A stretch of 7,546 nucleotides of DNA, taken from Amoebophrya sp. A120. Taxonomy: Eukaryota; Protista; Dinoflagellata. Made by a program: the position numbers and the translations under genes. Position 1 is the stretch's first letter, and each line of letters starts with the position of its first letter. The notes below the pieces were generated by a model. That model worked only from the letters and a program-made list of their open reading frames with translations. It was not told the origin of the DNA and made no database searches. Of the stretch, positions 7,292 through 7,546 are shown piece after piece. The stretch is taken from NCBI GenBank assembly GCA_905178155.1, contig CAJINV010000025.1:347768-355313 (forward strand), in the 5' to 3' direction.

Positions 7292-7546
7292 TATCAACTG
7301 CAAATATGTCTGGGTCTGGAAGATTCTGAGATTTGTAATGCACGTTTAGCATGGGCCATAATGTCTGTAATGCATGCCGTAGCATCACAGACTTTTCGAG
7401 GGCTTCGCGCTGCCTATTCCGCATGACATCAAATGCCCTAGATCTCCTGCGTCCGAAGCTGCTTGTGGCGACGGTGCAAAGGTTTTTGATGAGGTGCAGT
7501 CGGGTATGCATGACAATTGCGCTCTCCGCGTAGCCAAGGGTTGCAT
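7292..7546. mobile_element. Element A' (paralogous copy of A at the same site in gene copy 2), truncated by the window end
   Basis: Matches 2260-2514 with 3 substitutions and is preceded by the same TCGTG (7287-7291). Confidence 0.9.

Larger units (their letters stand above)
5707..7546 (+). repeat. Segmental/tandem duplication, copy 2
   Basis: Same colinear blocks as copy 1. It starts 33 nt after the stop codon of gene copy 1; the ATG-to-ATG spacing is 5032 bp. Confidence 0.95.

Overview
This looks like eukaryotic DNA; a degenerate dinoflagellate spliced-leader relic and the intron type suggest a dinoflagellate/Syndiniales such as Amoebophrya (inference). The scattered ORFs 2629-4299, 4333-4671 and 4822-5673 resolve into one predicted 842-aa membrane-anchored, Pro-rich protein gene (ATG 2241 to TGA 5673). 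It is interrupted by three MITE-like elements with TA...TA ends, terminal inverted repeats (TIRs) and 5-bp flanking direct repeats. Removing each element plus one direct-repeat copy restores the frame exactly without GT-AG ends, so they look like transposon-derived non-canonical introns (introners). Two of them are the same family in opposite orientations. The locus is a tandem duplication (211-2514 vs 5707-7546). The second gene copy starts at 7273 and has a fourth TIR element (6907-7213) upstream, whose clean empty site is visible in copy 1. No transposase, rRNA, tRNA or CRISPR array was seen.
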